This document shows, piece by piece, positions 28,073 to 37,754 of a stretch of DNA of 64,000 nt (positions within the stretch are counted from its first letter, which is position 1; each line of letters starts with the position of its first letter). A model generated the notes under the pieces. That model worked only from the letters and a program-made list of their open reading frames with translations, did not search any database and was not told the origin of the DNA. Location of the stretch: the NCBI GenBank assembly GCA_040830765.1, contig JBFOMH010000005.1, forward strand, positions 32,001 to 96,000. Direction: 5' to 3'. A program made the position numbers and the translations under genes. The DNA comes from Puniceicoccaceae bacterium. Lineage in GTDB: Bacteria; Verrucomicrobiota; Verrucomicrobiia; Opitutales; Oceanipulchritudinaceae.

Positions 28073-29445
28073 TGGACCCATTCGATGCAGTTGTTGTTGG
28101 AGGAGGTGTTGTCGGTACAGCGATAGCCCGGGAACTGGTCAAGGCAGGTGCGAGAACAGCCCTCCTTGAGGCTTGTGACGATGTCGGGAAAGGCACCAGC
28201 CGGGCCAATACCGCCCTCCTCCACAGTTCCTATGATGCCAAGCCAGGGACGCTCGAAGCGAAACTTCTTCATCGCGGCTTCAAGTTGATGCAGCAATACG
28301 GGCCAAGCGCAGGAATTCCCATTGAAAAAACCGGTGGACTTCTCGTCGCATGGAACGAGGAGCAGATGGAACAGCTGCCGCATATCCGTGAGAGGGCGAA
28401 CCAGAATAATGTTTTGGATACGGAAATTGTCTCACGGGCTGAAGTGTACCGTCGCGAATCGCATCTTGGTGAAGGGGTCCTTGGCGGTCTCCTCGTTCCG
28501 GAGGAATCGATTATCTGTCCCTTCACCCCTACCCTCGCCTACGCGACCGAGTTTGTCCGCAACGGCGGAAGCCTCTTCCTGAATTCACCGGTTGAGGACA
28601 TCTCAATGGTCAACGGCGGATACCGGCTACAGGCCGGCGACAAGACCATCGAGGGTGAGTGGATTATCAACGCCGCAGGGCTTGAGTCCGATACCATCGA
28701 CCACATGGCCGAATTTGAACGGTTCACCGTCACGCCCCGCCGCGGGGAACTGATCGTCTTCGACAAATTTGCGAGGAATCTTTTGAGCCACATTATCCTG
28801 CCGGTCCCGACGGCCTATACCAAAGGTGTGCTCATCAGCCCGACGGTATTCGGAAACGTTCTCCTTGGACCAACTGCCGAGGACCTGGAAGACAAGACCG
28901 ACACAGCTTCCAGTCGCGACGGTATGGAAGGCCTCCTGGAAAAGGGACGAAAAGTAATGCCGGCCCTGCTCAAGGAGGAAGTTACTGCCGTCTATGCCGG
29001 CCTGCGAGCCGCCACGGAACATAGCGATTACCAGATCCATATGGAGAAGGATAAGAAGTACGTCTGCGTGGGAGGAATCCGCTCAACCGGGCTCTCTGCC
29101 TCCCTCGGTATCGCGGAATATGTAGTCATGAAAATGATACAGGAGGGCTTTCCGGAAAAGCCCTCAACGGAATGGCATCCAGCAAGGATGCCCTACATTG
29201 GTGAAGCCGAACTGCGACCCTATAACGATCCTGCGAAGATCTCCGCCAATCCCGACTATGGAAGAATCGTCTGCCACTGCGAGAAAGTCACCCTCGGGGA
29301 GATACGCGACAGCCTCGTATCGGACATTCCTCCGCGCAACCTGGACGGCCTGAAAAGACGGACCCGGAGCAGCTTTGGAAGATGCCAGGGATTTTTCTGT
29401 ATCGCTGAACTGCAATCCCTCTTGGACGGAGACCACACCCGATGA
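28072..29445 (+). CDS. FAD-dependent oxidoreductase (glycerol-3-phosphate dehydrogenase/LhgO-like) with C-terminal BFD-like [2Fe-2S] domain
   Basis: GGGVVG, TSRAN, GIRSTGL, IVCHCE...GRCQGFFC. Confidence 0.82.
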   Translation: MDPFDAVVVGGGVVGTAIARELVKAGARTALLEACDDVGKGTSRANTALLHSSYDAKPGTLEAKLLHRGFKLMQQYGPSAGIPIEKTGGLLVAWNEEQMEQLPHIRERANQNNVLDTEIVSRAEVYRRESHLGEGVLGGLLVPEESIICPFTPTLAYATEFVRNGGSLFLNSPVEDISMVNGGYRLQAGDKTIEGEWIINAAGLESDTIDHMAEFERFTVTPRRGELIVFDKFARNLLSHIILPVPTAYTKGVLISPTVFGNVLLGPTAEDLEDKTDTASSRDGMEGLLEKGRKVMPALLKEEVTAVYAGLRAATEHSDYQIHMEKDKKYVCVGGIRSTGLSASLGIAEYVVMKMIQEGFPEKPSTEWHPARMPYIGEAELRPYNDPAKISANPDYGRIVCHCEKVTLGEIRDSLVSDIPPRNLDGLKRRTRSSFGRCQGFFCIAELQSLLDGDHTR

Positions 29446-30692
29446 ACGAGGAAGCCCATCAACAACCGGACGTTCTGGTAATCGGTGGCGGGCCTGCCGG
29501 GCTGGCAGCAGCCGTTCAGTTGAAGCAACTGGGATGCGGGAACGTTGTTGTCATTGAACGGGAAAAAGTTGCCGGTGGAATACCAAGGCACTGCTTCCAT
29601 ACCGGTTTTGGAATCAGGGACTTAAAGAGGATCATCTCTGGCCCGAAATATGCCGCGAATTATGTGCACCTTGCCGGAAATGCAGGGGTTACCCTTCTCA
29701 CTGAAGCAACGGCCATCGCATGGAAAGACGACTTGGCAATCCAGGTAACCTCCCCGCAAGGAATCCAGATGTTCGCGCCCAAAGCCGTTCTTCTGGCCAC
29801 CGGTTGCCGTGAACGCCCTCGGTCGGCAAGGTTTATTCCCGGGGACCGTCCTGCTGGCGTCTACACGACGGCGGCACTTCAGCAGCTGGTATATCTCCAA
29901 TCGCAAAAGGTGGGATCACGGGCCGTGGTCGTTGGTGCGGAGCATGTCAGCTTTTCAGCGGTCGCTACCCTTGCTGCTGCAGGTTGTAAAACCATCGGAA
30001 TACTCACGGAACATCCGCATCACCAGACCTACCGGCCCTTCCACTGGTGGGTTGCCGGACGCAAAAGGATCCCCGTTCATACCGAGTGCAAGGTGGTGGG
30101 AATCCAAGGAAAGGGCCGGGTGGAGTCCATCGAATATCTGGATCTGCAAACGAAACAATCGCATGCCATCGAATGCGATACAGTCGTCTTCACCGGTGAC
30201 TGGATTCCGGACAACGAATTTGCCAGGCTGGGCAACCTGGAGATCAATGAATGGACAGACGGCCCGGAAGTCGATCAGTGCCTCTGTACTTCCCGGCCCG
30301 GCGTGTTCGCTGCCGGCAATCTTCTCCGCGGGGCCGAAATGGCCGACACCGCAGCAGCGGAAGGTCGATATGCTGCAAGGCAAATCGCGACATACTTGGA
30401 AAATCAAAAATGGTTCGCGGAGCATTCCCGCATCCGGATTGTTCCCATATCACCCGTCAAATGGGTTTCCCCTAATACAATCAATCCGGAGGGCCCCGGT
30501 TCTCTGCCGGAAAGCCAATTGGTATTCCGGGTAGACCGCTTTCTTGGAAAAAGCAAGGTGCAACTTTTGGGGGATTCAAGTGTAATTGCGGAACGAACAT
30601 TCAGACGGCTGGTACCCAACCACTGGTACGGACTCCGGTTTCAGTTCAGAAACTTTGATTTCAAGGAACTGGCCGTCCGCGTCGAGGATTGA
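29442..30692 (+). CDS. NAD(P)/FAD-dependent oxidoreductase (pyridine nucleotide-disulfide family)
   Basis: GGGPAGLAAA, GGIPRHC.H.GFG, LATGCRER, GVFAAGN. Coupled to the previous gene. Confidence 0.82.
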   Translation: MNEEAHQQPDVLVIGGGPAGLAAAVQLKQLGCGNVVVIEREKVAGGIPRHCFHTGFGIRDLKRIISGPKYAANYVHLAGNAGVTLLTEATAIAWKDDLAIQVTSPQGIQMFAPKAVLLATGCRERPRSARFIPGDRPAGVYTTAALQQLVYLQSQKVGSRAVVVGAEHVSFSAVATLAAAGCKTIGILTEHPHHQTYRPFHWWVAGRKRIPVHTECKVVGIQGKGRVESIEYLDLQTKQSHAIECDTVVFTGDWIPDNEFARLGNLEINEWTDGPEVDQCLCTSRPGVFAAGNLLRGAEMADTAAAEGRYAARQIATYLENQKWFAEHSRIRIVPISPVKWVSPNTINPEGPGSLPESQLVFRVDRFLGKSKVQLLGDSSVIAERTFRRLVPNHWYGLRFQFRNFDFKELAVRVED

Positions 30693-30809
30693 ATTCCTGA
30701 ACAATCGGCAGCCCTTTGTGATCTTGTCATGCGGCCTCCATGGCGTTATGCTGAACGCATGTTCCAACCAAGTATTCTAACCCGCTTTTCAACGCTGAAC
30801 CCCTTCAAG

Positions 30810-31910
30810 ATGAACCGGCACCGCCTGATAGCCTCAATGGCGGCGGTTCTCTTCCTTGCCCCCGGGATTACGGCACAAGTTAAGACTGAAAATGTGATCC
30901 TTATCATTCTGGATGGTGTGAGGACGAATGAGGTTTTCCAGGGAGTTGACCTGGAACTCCTGAGAGCCCATGAGACAAAGAAGCCCGTCGAGGAGTCCGA
31001 ATTGTACAAGCAGTTCTGGGCGGACACAGCGATCGAACGCCGGAAAAGCCTGATGCCCTTCTTCTGGGAGGTCTGGATGGAAAACCACGGTTCCATTGCC
31101 GGGGACCGATGGAACGGCAGCGAAGTCCTCCTGACCAACAACCATTGGTTCTCCTACCCGGGATACTCCGAAATCCTCACGGGACAGGCAAATGACGAGG
31201 AAATTGCCAGTAATGCCGCTGTGCAAAACCCCTATCCCTCTGTGATGGAGTTTTTTGCCTCCAAATTGGAGCTTCCGCAGTCAGGCATTGCTTCCTTCGC
31301 CTCGTGGTCCGTCATGGATTACATCGTCGAGAAGAACCGCGGAACCATTTTCTCCAATGCCGGTTACGAGGCCTATGAGACTCCCGATCCGGCGATTCAG
31401 CTACTGAGCGAGCTGCAATTCAAGACCCTCAGCCCATGGGATACGGTTCGCCATGACGCCTACACCTTCCGCTTCGCCATGGATTATTTGAAAAGGCATC
31501 GTCCCAGGGTCCTTTACATGGCTTTGGGGGAAACCGATGACTGGGGCCACGAGAAGCGTTATGACCGGGTTGTCCAGGCTATTCATGCCAACGATGCCTA
31601 CTTTCGCGAACTCTGGGAATTTCTCCAGTCCGACGACCAGTACAAGGACAAGACGACCATTCTCTTAACGACCGATCATGGCCGTGGGGACCAGGTCGAG
31701 GATTGGCCGCATCACCGCAGCAGCATTGAAAGCTCCAAGTATTGCTGGATCGCCGTAATGGGACCCGACCATAAACAGCGTGGCAGTCTGCAGAACATCA
31801 AGACCATCGGGATGAACCAGATTGCCGCAACCTTGTCAGCGTTCCTTGAACTTGATTACTCGGAATGGAACGAAGAGGCCGGCGAGCCCATTTCCATTTT
31901 CCTCAAATAA
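30810..31910 (+). CDS. Secreted alkaline-phosphatase-superfamily metalloenzyme
   Basis: ILIILDGVR, SYPGYSEILTG, ETDDWGH and TTDHGRG metal-binding motifs. Confidence 0.8.
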   Translation: MNRHRLIASMAAVLFLAPGITAQVKTENVILIILDGVRTNEVFQGVDLELLRAHETKKPVEESELYKQFWADTAIERRKSLMPFFWEVWMENHGSIAGDRWNGSEVLLTNNHWFSYPGYSEILTGQANDEEIASNAAVQNPYPSVMEFFASKLELPQSGIASFASWSVMDYIVEKNRGTIFSNAGYEAYETPDPAIQLLSELQFKTLSPWDTVRHDAYTFRFAMDYLKRHRPRVLYMALGETDDWGHEKRYDRVVQAIHANDAYFRELWEFLQSDDQYKDKTTILLTTDHGRGDQVEDWPHHRSSIESSKYCWIAVMGPDHKQRGSLQNIKTIGMNQIAATLSAFLELDYSEWNEEAGEPISIFLK

Positions 31911-31915
31911 GCCAG

Positions 31916-33238
31916 TCACGGCTCGCTCCTCTTGCGGGAGGGCACCGCATTCCATTTGGGCAGCAGGATCAAGCCTCCCAGCAGGGAGGTGATGCCGAAC
32001 GTGGTGAAGAGGACGTCCCAGCCGTAAGCCGCCGAAATGACACCCGGCAGGGAGAGGCCGAGAATCTGTCCAACGGATCCCAGTCCATTGACAAAGCCCA
32101 CGGCCGAGCCGGCTCCCTTGCGCGTCCCGAAATCAACAGCCGCCGCTCCCGAGAGAAGGGTCTCGGGACCCACCAGTAGCATGCCGATGACAAAGAAGAC
32201 CAGTGCCATGGTCCATGGACCACCCATTTCGGTAAGTGTAGTGAAAAAAAACAATACAATGGATGCTCCAAACAGGCAGGGCACGACAACCGGCATTCGG
32301 CGCGACTGGAACCATTTGTCGGTCGCGTAACCGGCAAAGATTGCACTCAAGGGGCCGGCAGCTTCAAACGAGGCACCAATCAGGGCTGAGCTGCCAATAT
32401 TGGTACCCAGTTGTTCATAGGCCATCACAGGTCCCCAGAATAATATCGCGTAGCGGGTTGGCTTGAGCAGGAAATAAACCAGCCCCATCCGTATGATCAT
32501 TGGATTCCGGAAAACCTCCCTGATGGTTTTCCACGACCCACGGGGCTCATCCTCGGGAGCCTCCCCCTCGGCCAATACCGCCGTTTCTTCACCATGGTAT
32601 TCCTCAATGGGGGGTAAGCCGATATCCTCCGGCTTGTTTTTCTGGAAGAGAAAGAACAACACCAGCGCTATCAGGAGGACTGCCGCGGAGGAGAAGAAGG
32701 CGAATTGCCAGCCTCCGAGTAGATAGGCCATGTAGCCTGTAAAGGCACTGCCGGCCATTCCCCCGATAACATAATTGGTCGACCAGAACCCAAACACCTT
32801 TCCCCGCTCGGACTCCGAAAACCATTCACTCACATTCTTAGCCAGTGGAGCCCAACCGGTGGATTGACACAGCCCCTGAACGAAAAACAGCACCCCGAAG
32901 AGGATGACATGCGTGGACATGCCCATCGCCACAGCCACGAGAACGGAAAGCAACATGCCGCCTATGACAATTGGCCGGGTCCCGAACCGGTCACCAGCGA
33001 TGCCCCAGATAAATTGTCCCGCCGCGTAGGCGACCCCGTAGGCTCCGTCAATGTAGCCCATCTCGACCTTCCCCATCTCAATCGAGGGATCCTCAAGAAT
33101 TCCGACCTTGGCTACCGGAAATGCCTTCCGGGTAAAATAAAAGCCGGCATAGGCCATCCAGGTCAGCAGGAATATCGTCCACCGCCACTTTTCATAGCGT
33201 GGATCCCGGTCGGATTGGAGTAGGTTGTCTTTCGTCAT
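31916..33238 (-). CDS. MFS transporter, organophosphate:Pi antiporter (GlpT/UhpT-like)
   Basis: YAGFYFTRKAF, GDRFG, WFSESERG, PE.IGLPP, AVGFVNG.G motifs. Confidence 0.85.
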   Translation of the reverse strand: MTKDNLLQSDRDPRYEKWRWTIFLLTWMAYAGFYFTRKAFPVAKVGILEDPSIEMGKVEMGYIDGAYGVAYAAGQFIWGIAGDRFGTRPIVIGGMLLSVLVAVAMGMSTHVILFGVLFFVQGLCQSTGWAPLAKNVSEWFSESERGKVFGFWSTNYVIGGMAGSAFTGYMAYLLGGWQFAFFSSAAVLLIALVLFFLFQKNKPEDIGLPPIEEYHGEETAVLAEGEAPEDEPRGSWKTIREVFRNPMIIRMGLVYFLLKPTRYAILFWGPVMAYEQLGTNIGSSALIGASFEAAGPLSAIFAGYATDKWFQSRRMPVVVPCLFGASIVLFFFTTLTEMGGPWTMALVFFVIGMLLVGPETLLSGAAAVDFGTRKGAGSAVGFVNGLGSVGQILGLSLPGVISAAYGWDVLFTTFGITSLLGGLILLPKWNAVPSRKRSEP

Positions 33239-33408
33239 AATGCTGCCCTTCACTGCATATCTAGAATCCGGCATGGAGGTCTAGACCGAGTATAGGGTCA
33301 TTCAACGAGCCTCCGCAACAAGAGAAAGCCGCTAATTGGCCTAATCCGGCCCCTTATGATCCTGAACAGGTACATTCCCGCGGCCACCTCCTATTGGCCT
33401 TAACAATC

Positions 33409-34434
33409 CTACAGGTGGATCTTGTCCTGCTCCGCTTGGCTCCAGACGCGAACAGGATATGCTTTTGTCCGGATCGTTTCCGAGGAATCAAAAGCCTCCC
33501 GTCGCTGCTTGAATTGCTCGTGGGTAGTCTCCTTTTCGGGGTGTGACTTACTCCTGACCACAAAGTCGGCTTCGGGCGGGTAGCAGGCAACATTGAGATC
33601 GTGGTCAGCTTCCTCCGGCAGGTAATCCACGTTGTTGGGCACTTCCCCGGACTGGTACCGCAGATCGACACTCCAACGGACGCCGTTGGAGAAATTCGGG
33701 GTCGAGCAATGGGGAGTGAGGTTAGTCATGAAAACCACCCCGCCCTTGGGGACTTCCGCCGTGACAATATCCCGCTTCCGCTCTTCCGGCAGGTCCTCCT
33801 CATAGATGACCAGAAAACCGGCATTGCCCCCCTTGTGGTGCTCAATGATGCCTTCCCGGTGGGCATTTGGCATGATGCGCATGCAGCCATTCTCAACCGT
33901 GGCATCAACCAGGGGAATCCAGCAGGTAATGATCATTTCGCGGTCACACTTCGGCTTGAAATAACCGGAGTCCTGGTGCCAGGGGACAATGCCCCGGTTG
34001 TTGTTCGGCAACTTGGGTCGCAGGCGGAAAACCGATGAGCCGACAATCTCCTCGCCAATCAAGTCTTCCAGGTAACGAACCAGCTTGGCATGGGTAATCA
34101 TGCGGAACATTTCAATGCCGTGCTGGCCACCGCCTCCCCGTCCCTCGATTTGGGCAATGATGGCCTTCCCGACCTCACTCGACTCCTCGAAAATCCGCGC
34201 CAGCTGGGTATGAAATCCTTCCCCGGCATAGTCGGAGCTCAGATCGCCGTTTTCATAATACCCCCGGACCGCCGTCCGCACCTGCTCATCAATTTCCCCG
34301 ATGAGCGGGTCCAGATCTTCCGGATCGAATACATCGTCGATGATAAGGAGCCCGGATTCATAAAACTGCCGGACCTGATCGGGGCTTAGTTTATTAAGGG
34401 AGGGTTCGGAGGAGGATGCATCAGGGCCTATCAT
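33409..34434 (-). CDS. Phytanoyl-CoA dioxygenase (PhyH) family Fe(II)/2OG oxygenase
   Basis: PWHQDSGY, WIPLVDA...NGC, TPHCS.PN....RWSVDLRY. Confidence 0.88.
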   Translation of the reverse strand: MIGPDASSSEPSLNKLSPDQVRQFYESGLLIIDDVFDPEDLDPLIGEIDEQVRTAVRGYYENGDLSSDYAGEGFHTQLARIFEESSEVGKAIIAQIEGRGGGGQHGIEMFRMITHAKLVRYLEDLIGEEIVGSSVFRLRPKLPNNNRGIVPWHQDSGYFKPKCDREMIITCWIPLVDATVENGCMRIMPNAHREGIIEHHKGGNAGFLVIYEEDLPEERKRDIVTAEVPKGGVVFMTNLTPHCSTPNFSNGVRWSVDLRYQSGEVPNNVDYLPEEADHDLNVACYPPEADFVVRSKSHPEKETTHEQFKQRREAFDSSETIRTKAYPVRVWSQAEQDKIHL

Positions 34435-34583
34435 AACGGCATTAAGCAGGATTTATCGACCCAGGGAAATTCAGACCTTGGGATACGGTAAACCATGGTA
34501 ACCTGGAAACCCTACCTCGCCGGCTCATACCAGAAATGGGCGCAGGATTAGAAGGATACCAGGAACAGCAAAGCACCTTTCAC

Positions 34584-36119
34584 TCACCGGACATAGCAAC
34601 CGGCAGCATGTGGTGCGCTCCTTCTGGAATATGCAATGTCCAGTTCGGTTGCATAGGTATCGTCGGCTACTCCCAGCAATGAGGACTCTTGACTGGGTCG
34701 GGCATCCAACAAAAAGGCATCCCATGACAAAGAGACAAAGTCAGACATGCCTTTTCCTGACACAAAGCCCGGAAGCGCAACAGACTGGACACCGAAAGCC
34801 ACGTTTCCCGAGAAGGTGACCGAGGGTAGAGACGACATCGCATTGATGGGAGCATCGAAATTGCTGTAACAGGCATTGTTGGCAAAAACCATGTTATCCC
34901 CGTTTTCCCAGTCACGTAAACGAACGGCGACTTCGTTATTTATAAAAGTGTTGTGCACCACCTTAATTTCCGTGGCTCCTCCCTGCATGTTCCGGCTTTG
35001 AAAAGCTGCGACTGCACCGGACACGACCAGATTGTTCCGGACAATACATTCCCCCTGAACTTGCAACACACTATCCTGGCTGCGGTATAATGTGTTATTT
35101 TCAACGATGTTCACCGTTTTACCATTGGTCCCACCAACTACCAGACAAGGATAGTTGCAGTCATGAATTAAATTCCAAGCGACTAAATTCCCCCACGATC
35201 CTTGCTTTAAGTCAATCCCCTCACCTTGAACAGCATTAGGGTGTGGAGAGTGAATGTGATTCATCGCAATAACGGATTCACTCATTGTCACAAACCCGTT
35301 GTTCCCACCAAGATACAGGCACTCACCTGTCCCTCCAGCTGTTCCAGTATTGCTGATCTCGTTTTGGGTAATGAACAACCTGCTCGTGTTAGTCGAGTTG
35401 GCGCTTAATCCGATGCCGCCGGTGCTGTGAATTTTGCACTGGGTTATCCATAACTCCTGGCAATCACCGAGGCGAATACCCGTACTGCCACCGGTGAATT
35501 CAATACCCTCCAAACAAAGATACCGCACAAGTCCCCCCACTCCCAGATTGACCAAATTTTGCGCCGCGTCCGGTCTCGCAATACGAACTTGGGCACCTGG
35601 TCCAGCAGCAATCCATATAGGAGAAGTCGCATTGCCGCTCAGGTTGAGTGCGACATAGCTGGCGAGGGTGTAGGACCCACTGCCAATCTCCAGTCGATCC
35701 CCAGGTTGTAAAGCCTCCATGGCTGCCTTTAAATCAGCCCCGTTTTCTTCTGATGACTTGGACGTATCGAAAGAAATTTGAACGACCCGAGCCGGTTCCA
35801 ACCGGCCCCACTCAGGCTCGAAAGGTGATGCACCGCTTATTACGCGATAAAATTCCATTCCCTCTCCCGGAATGAAAGAATAGGACATGGACCCTGTCAT
35901 GGCTATTGCGGGTAAGTCTTTGCTAATGACAGTCGACCAACCCGCTCCAGGATCACTCGTTTTCAAGAGCTCATATGGGTGATAGGGCAATGTAGGCCAA
36001 TCCATCTGGATCTGACTATTTCCTGAAGTTGCTGTAACCTCCACTTCACCGTGCAAACCTTTCAATGATGTTAGGAGACCAAAAAGAATGGTGAGCCATT
36101 GCCGACAGAATGTGCACAT
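34584..36119 (-). CDS. Secreted right-handed parallel beta-helix protein
   Basis: LQPGDRLEI.SGSY, repeated N.I motifs, GECLYLG, GEGIDLKQGS. Confidence 0.75.
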   Translation of the reverse strand: MCTFCRQWLTILFGLLTSLKGLHGEVEVTATSGNSQIQMDWPTLPYHPYELLKTSDPGAGWSTVISKDLPAIAMTGSMSYSFIPGEGMEFYRVISGASPFEPEWGRLEPARVVQISFDTSKSSEENGADLKAAMEALQPGDRLEIGSGSYTLASYVALNLSGNATSPIWIAAGPGAQVRIARPDAAQNLVNLGVGGLVRYLCLEGIEFTGGSTGIRLGDCQELWITQCKIHSTGGIGLSANSTNTSRLFITQNEISNTGTAGGTGECLYLGGNNGFVTMSESVIAMNHIHSPHPNAVQGEGIDLKQGSWGNLVAWNLIHDCNYPCLVVGGTNGKTVNIVENNTLYRSQDSVLQVQGECIVRNNLVVSGAVAAFQSRNMQGGATEIKVVHNTFINNEVAVRLRDWENGDNMVFANNACYSNFDAPINAMSSLPSVTFSGNVAFGVQSVALPGFVSGKGMSDFVSLSWDAFLLDARPSQESSLLGVADDTYATELDIAYSRRSAPHAAGCYVR

Positions 36120-36300
36120 GCTTACATGAAAAAATTTAATGAAATGAAGTCAATTTGCTAATTTCCAACTCAGACTCACTCAGGTCCCGTAAAGCAGAAG
36201 AAAATTTTCCCAGGGCTAGGGGCAGGCAGTGAAACGGATGAAGTCTCAGCAGTGTCCCACCAGATGATCATATCATCGCTTGCTTGCACTTTGAAATTCA

Positions 36301-36507
36301 TTGTTGGACACAGATAATTCATCTGAAACTTGGGGACCCGGCTACCTGATCGTAGATGACGCCATGAACGTCGACACCGAAGGCTTCCTGGGCTGGATCA
36401 ATGTCTTCCATTCACCGTGGATCTGGTGCTATTCGATGGATGGCTGGATGTACTGCCCTGAAGAGAGTGTCAGCGAGACAGGAGCATGGGTGTATGTGCC
36501 CCGTTGA
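36301..36507 (+). pseudogene. Orphan copy of the Trp-rich C-terminal domain (gene remnant or mini-protein)
   Basis: 68-aa ORF that is almost entirely WGPGY..DTEGFLGWINV..SPWIW...WMYCPEE...GAWVY. TTG start, in-frame stop at 36292-36294, no signal peptide. Confidence 0.6.
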
Positions 36508-36588
36508 GGGGAGTCGGTAGAGAACGTGGGAAATCCGTTCCCAGGTTGCCAAACCTTGCTGACTTGATTCAGTATCTGGGAACTTGAT

Positions 36589-37137
36589 ATGAAGCAATCC
36601 TCACACGACAAAATACGCCTGTACTTTACCCTGCTGGTCGCCTTCATGGTCTGGTGCCTCCTCATCTGGCAGCATTTCAACGGGGGCGTGCCCAAGCACT
36701 ACATTCTTCACCGCGCCGACATGCCCGCTATCTCCAACTGGTGGGGCGGGATCCTTCTTCCGGTTCTTTCATGGATCCTCGTGGGCCAGGTTGTACGGCG
36801 CGGGTCGGGAAAGGTCCGGTCCTCCGCCATCTGTGCCTTTTGTTGTGCCCTGCTTTATGGGATCGTCCTCTCTGCATCGTTTATCTACCAGTTTGAACCC
36901 CTGACATCCCTGATGGCCCCTGCCCTGCTTTTCTTGGCCTTGTTCTTCCCGATCTACCGGGGGGAGTACGTCCTCGGGTTTATCCTCGGCATGTCATATA
37001 CCTTTGGTGCGGTCCTCCCAACGGCATTCGCCATCGTTGTGGGCCTGCTTTCCGCTGCCATCTATCACTTCATCCGGCCCATTCCGTTTTGGCTATGGCG
37101 CAAGCTGAGACAACCCGAGCCTGGGCAAGACGGGTAG
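36589..37137 (+). CDS. Hypothetical integral membrane protein
   Basis: About 5 TM segments; GGVP.H..L...DMPAISNWWG motif. Confidence 0.7.
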   Translation: MKQSSHDKIRLYFTLLVAFMVWCLLIWQHFNGGVPKHYILHRADMPAISNWWGGILLPVLSWILVGQVVRRGSGKVRSSAICAFCCALLYGIVLSASFIYQFEPLTSLMAPALLFLALFFPIYRGEYVLGFILGMSYTFGAVLPTAFAIVVGLLSAAIYHFIRPIPFWLWRKLRQPEPGQDG

Positions 37138-37165
37138 CAACCGGCCAATGTGAAAGGATTCCACG

Positions 37166-37618
37166 TTGATACATAAGGACAAGCTCCCTCCGGCACTGAT
37201 CGAATTCCTCGAACAACGACCTGATATCGATCTTGATCGCTTCGAAGTCCCACCGCCGGTCTTCATGACCATGGAGGGAAAGATTACCGACTTTGATCCT
37301 GGGGCCAAATGCATCAGCTGCTCGTTTCCTGTCCGCCCGGATCAGCTCAATCCTTTCGGCATGATGCAGGGTGGCATCATCTCGGCTGCCATCGACAACA
37401 CCATCGGTCCGCTGAGCATGCTGGTGGCCCCGCCCAGCATCACCCGGAAGCTGGAGGTCAAGTATTACAAGGCTGTCGAACCAGCAGCCGGAAAAATCTT
37501 TATCACCGCGAAACTCATCGGCCAAAAGAAGCGCTTCCTCTTCTTCGAGGCAGTGGCTGAAAACGAGGATAAATCGGTCATATTTGCCTCAGCCGAGGCC
37601 ATGCACTGGATGCTCTAA
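37166..37618 (+). CDS. PaaI-family thioesterase (hotdog fold)
   Basis: NPFGMMQGGIISAAIDNTIG. Confidence 0.85.
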   Translation: MIHKDKLPPALIEFLEQRPDIDLDRFEVPPPVFMTMEGKITDFDPGAKCISCSFPVRPDQLNPFGMMQGGIISAAIDNTIGPLSMLVAPPSITRKLEVKYYKAVEPAAGKIFITAKLIGQKKRFLFFEAVAENEDKSVIFASAEAMHWML

Positions 37619-37754
37619 CGCCTCCGGGAAACGGACCAGACAACAGACGCTTAAATCCCACCCAGCTTGCCTTCGAAAGGGCCAATAGTCCTTGCCTCAA
37701 GCTGTGGACGACTTATACTGACGAGCAGTAAGCTAATTCAACAAGGGTAATTAC

